A stretch of DNA of 64,000 bases, taken from NCBI GenBank assembly GCA_951406725.2, contig OX597828.1, positions 40,300,001-40,364,000 on the forward strand. Reading direction: 5' to 3'. Both the position numbers and the translations under genes were made by a program. The DNA is from Octopus vulgaris (Eukaryota). Shown here one piece after another: positions 63,577 through 64,000 of the stretch (its first letter is position 1; every line of letters begins with the position of its first letter). Under the pieces are notes generated by a model. That model made no database searches. It saw nothing but the letters and a program-made list of their open reading frames with translations, and was not told where the DNA came from.

Positions 63577-63652
63577 CTAGTTCGACGAGTCGTGTTCTGT
63601 CCTTACCTTCGAAACACGCATGGAGTCGAACTAGGGACAGCTGATGAAGGGG
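63577..63652 (+). ncRNA. Hammerhead-ribozyme-like motif with non-circularly permuted strand order, in a probable Penelope-like element end (~63500-63870)
   Basis: Core pieces GUU (63594-63596), GAAA (63611-63614) and CUGAUGA (63641-63647); stem III cgtg/cacg; stem I ctgtcctta/tagggacag; stem II cttc/gggg (weak). Confidence 0.5.
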
Positions 63653-64000
63653 AATTTTCCTTGTATTGTTTGTTTTTTCGTTGTTAAAAAAGTCCATTTC
63701 CATGTTTGTTTTTACGTTTTCGTTTCTCGTTGAGTTCTACGTCTATTTGTGGTGTCCTGTACTCACATATATATATTTATATATGCATGTATATATACAT
63801 GTAGATGTAGGTACGTACATATATGTATGTATGCATATATTTTATTTATTAATTTTTATATATATATATATCAACAAGTTTCCCTGCTCACACAAGAAAT
63901 CAGTTTTCCAAAGATTTAGCAAAGGAAAGCAGAGATTACCATCATTGTTATTTTATCAAGTTTTTCTAGACTGGTATGGATTAGTTAAAGATTACTTGTG

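Noticed and set aside
30744-64000. Search for the upstream constitutive MICAL exon (expected QRQL...LEERGV..EKALRG-like)
   Set aside because: Not found by eye; presumed to lie beyond the window end.

Overview
AT-rich, repeat-dense eukaryotic genomic DNA, most likely an octopod cephalopod (inferred from tRNA-derived SINE families, RTE LINEs and abundant microsatellites; not verified by search). The only well-supported protein-coding gene is the 3' end of a MICAL (MICAL3/Drosophila Mical-like) gene on the minus strand. Four phase-consistent exons (30743-30647, 28712-28636, 18580-18466, 14242-14125) encode most of the Rab-binding bMERB domain: ...AGRNEGELMQEWFNLVHEKNVLLRYESELMVQAKELELEDRQARLETELRNKMTTDDEKSKTSDQVEAEKRILAELLEVVEERDALVSMLEEDRLREREEDRDLEGIMLTKGFELSPLSCIRPPKGPTRLGTTS*. 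The next constitutive exon upstream was not found, implying an intron of more than 33 kb. The rest is intronic, 3'UTR or intergenic sequence with SINEs, LINE remnants (RTE, R4/Dong-like, CR1/L2-like), Penelope-like ends, Helitrons, a pogo/Tigger transposon, MITEs, a probable solo LTR and minisatellites. Most interesting: (1) a set of phase-compatible candidate alternative exons in the MICAL introns that would add cysteine-string, CaaX, PDZ-type or hydrophobic tails; (2) a hammerhead-ribozyme-like motif at 63577-63652 whose strands are in a non-circularly permuted order; (3) an 82-bp near-perfect hairpin with a minimal hammerhead on each strand, about 200 nt from a MICAL exon. All alternative exons and ribozymes are predictions from sequence only.
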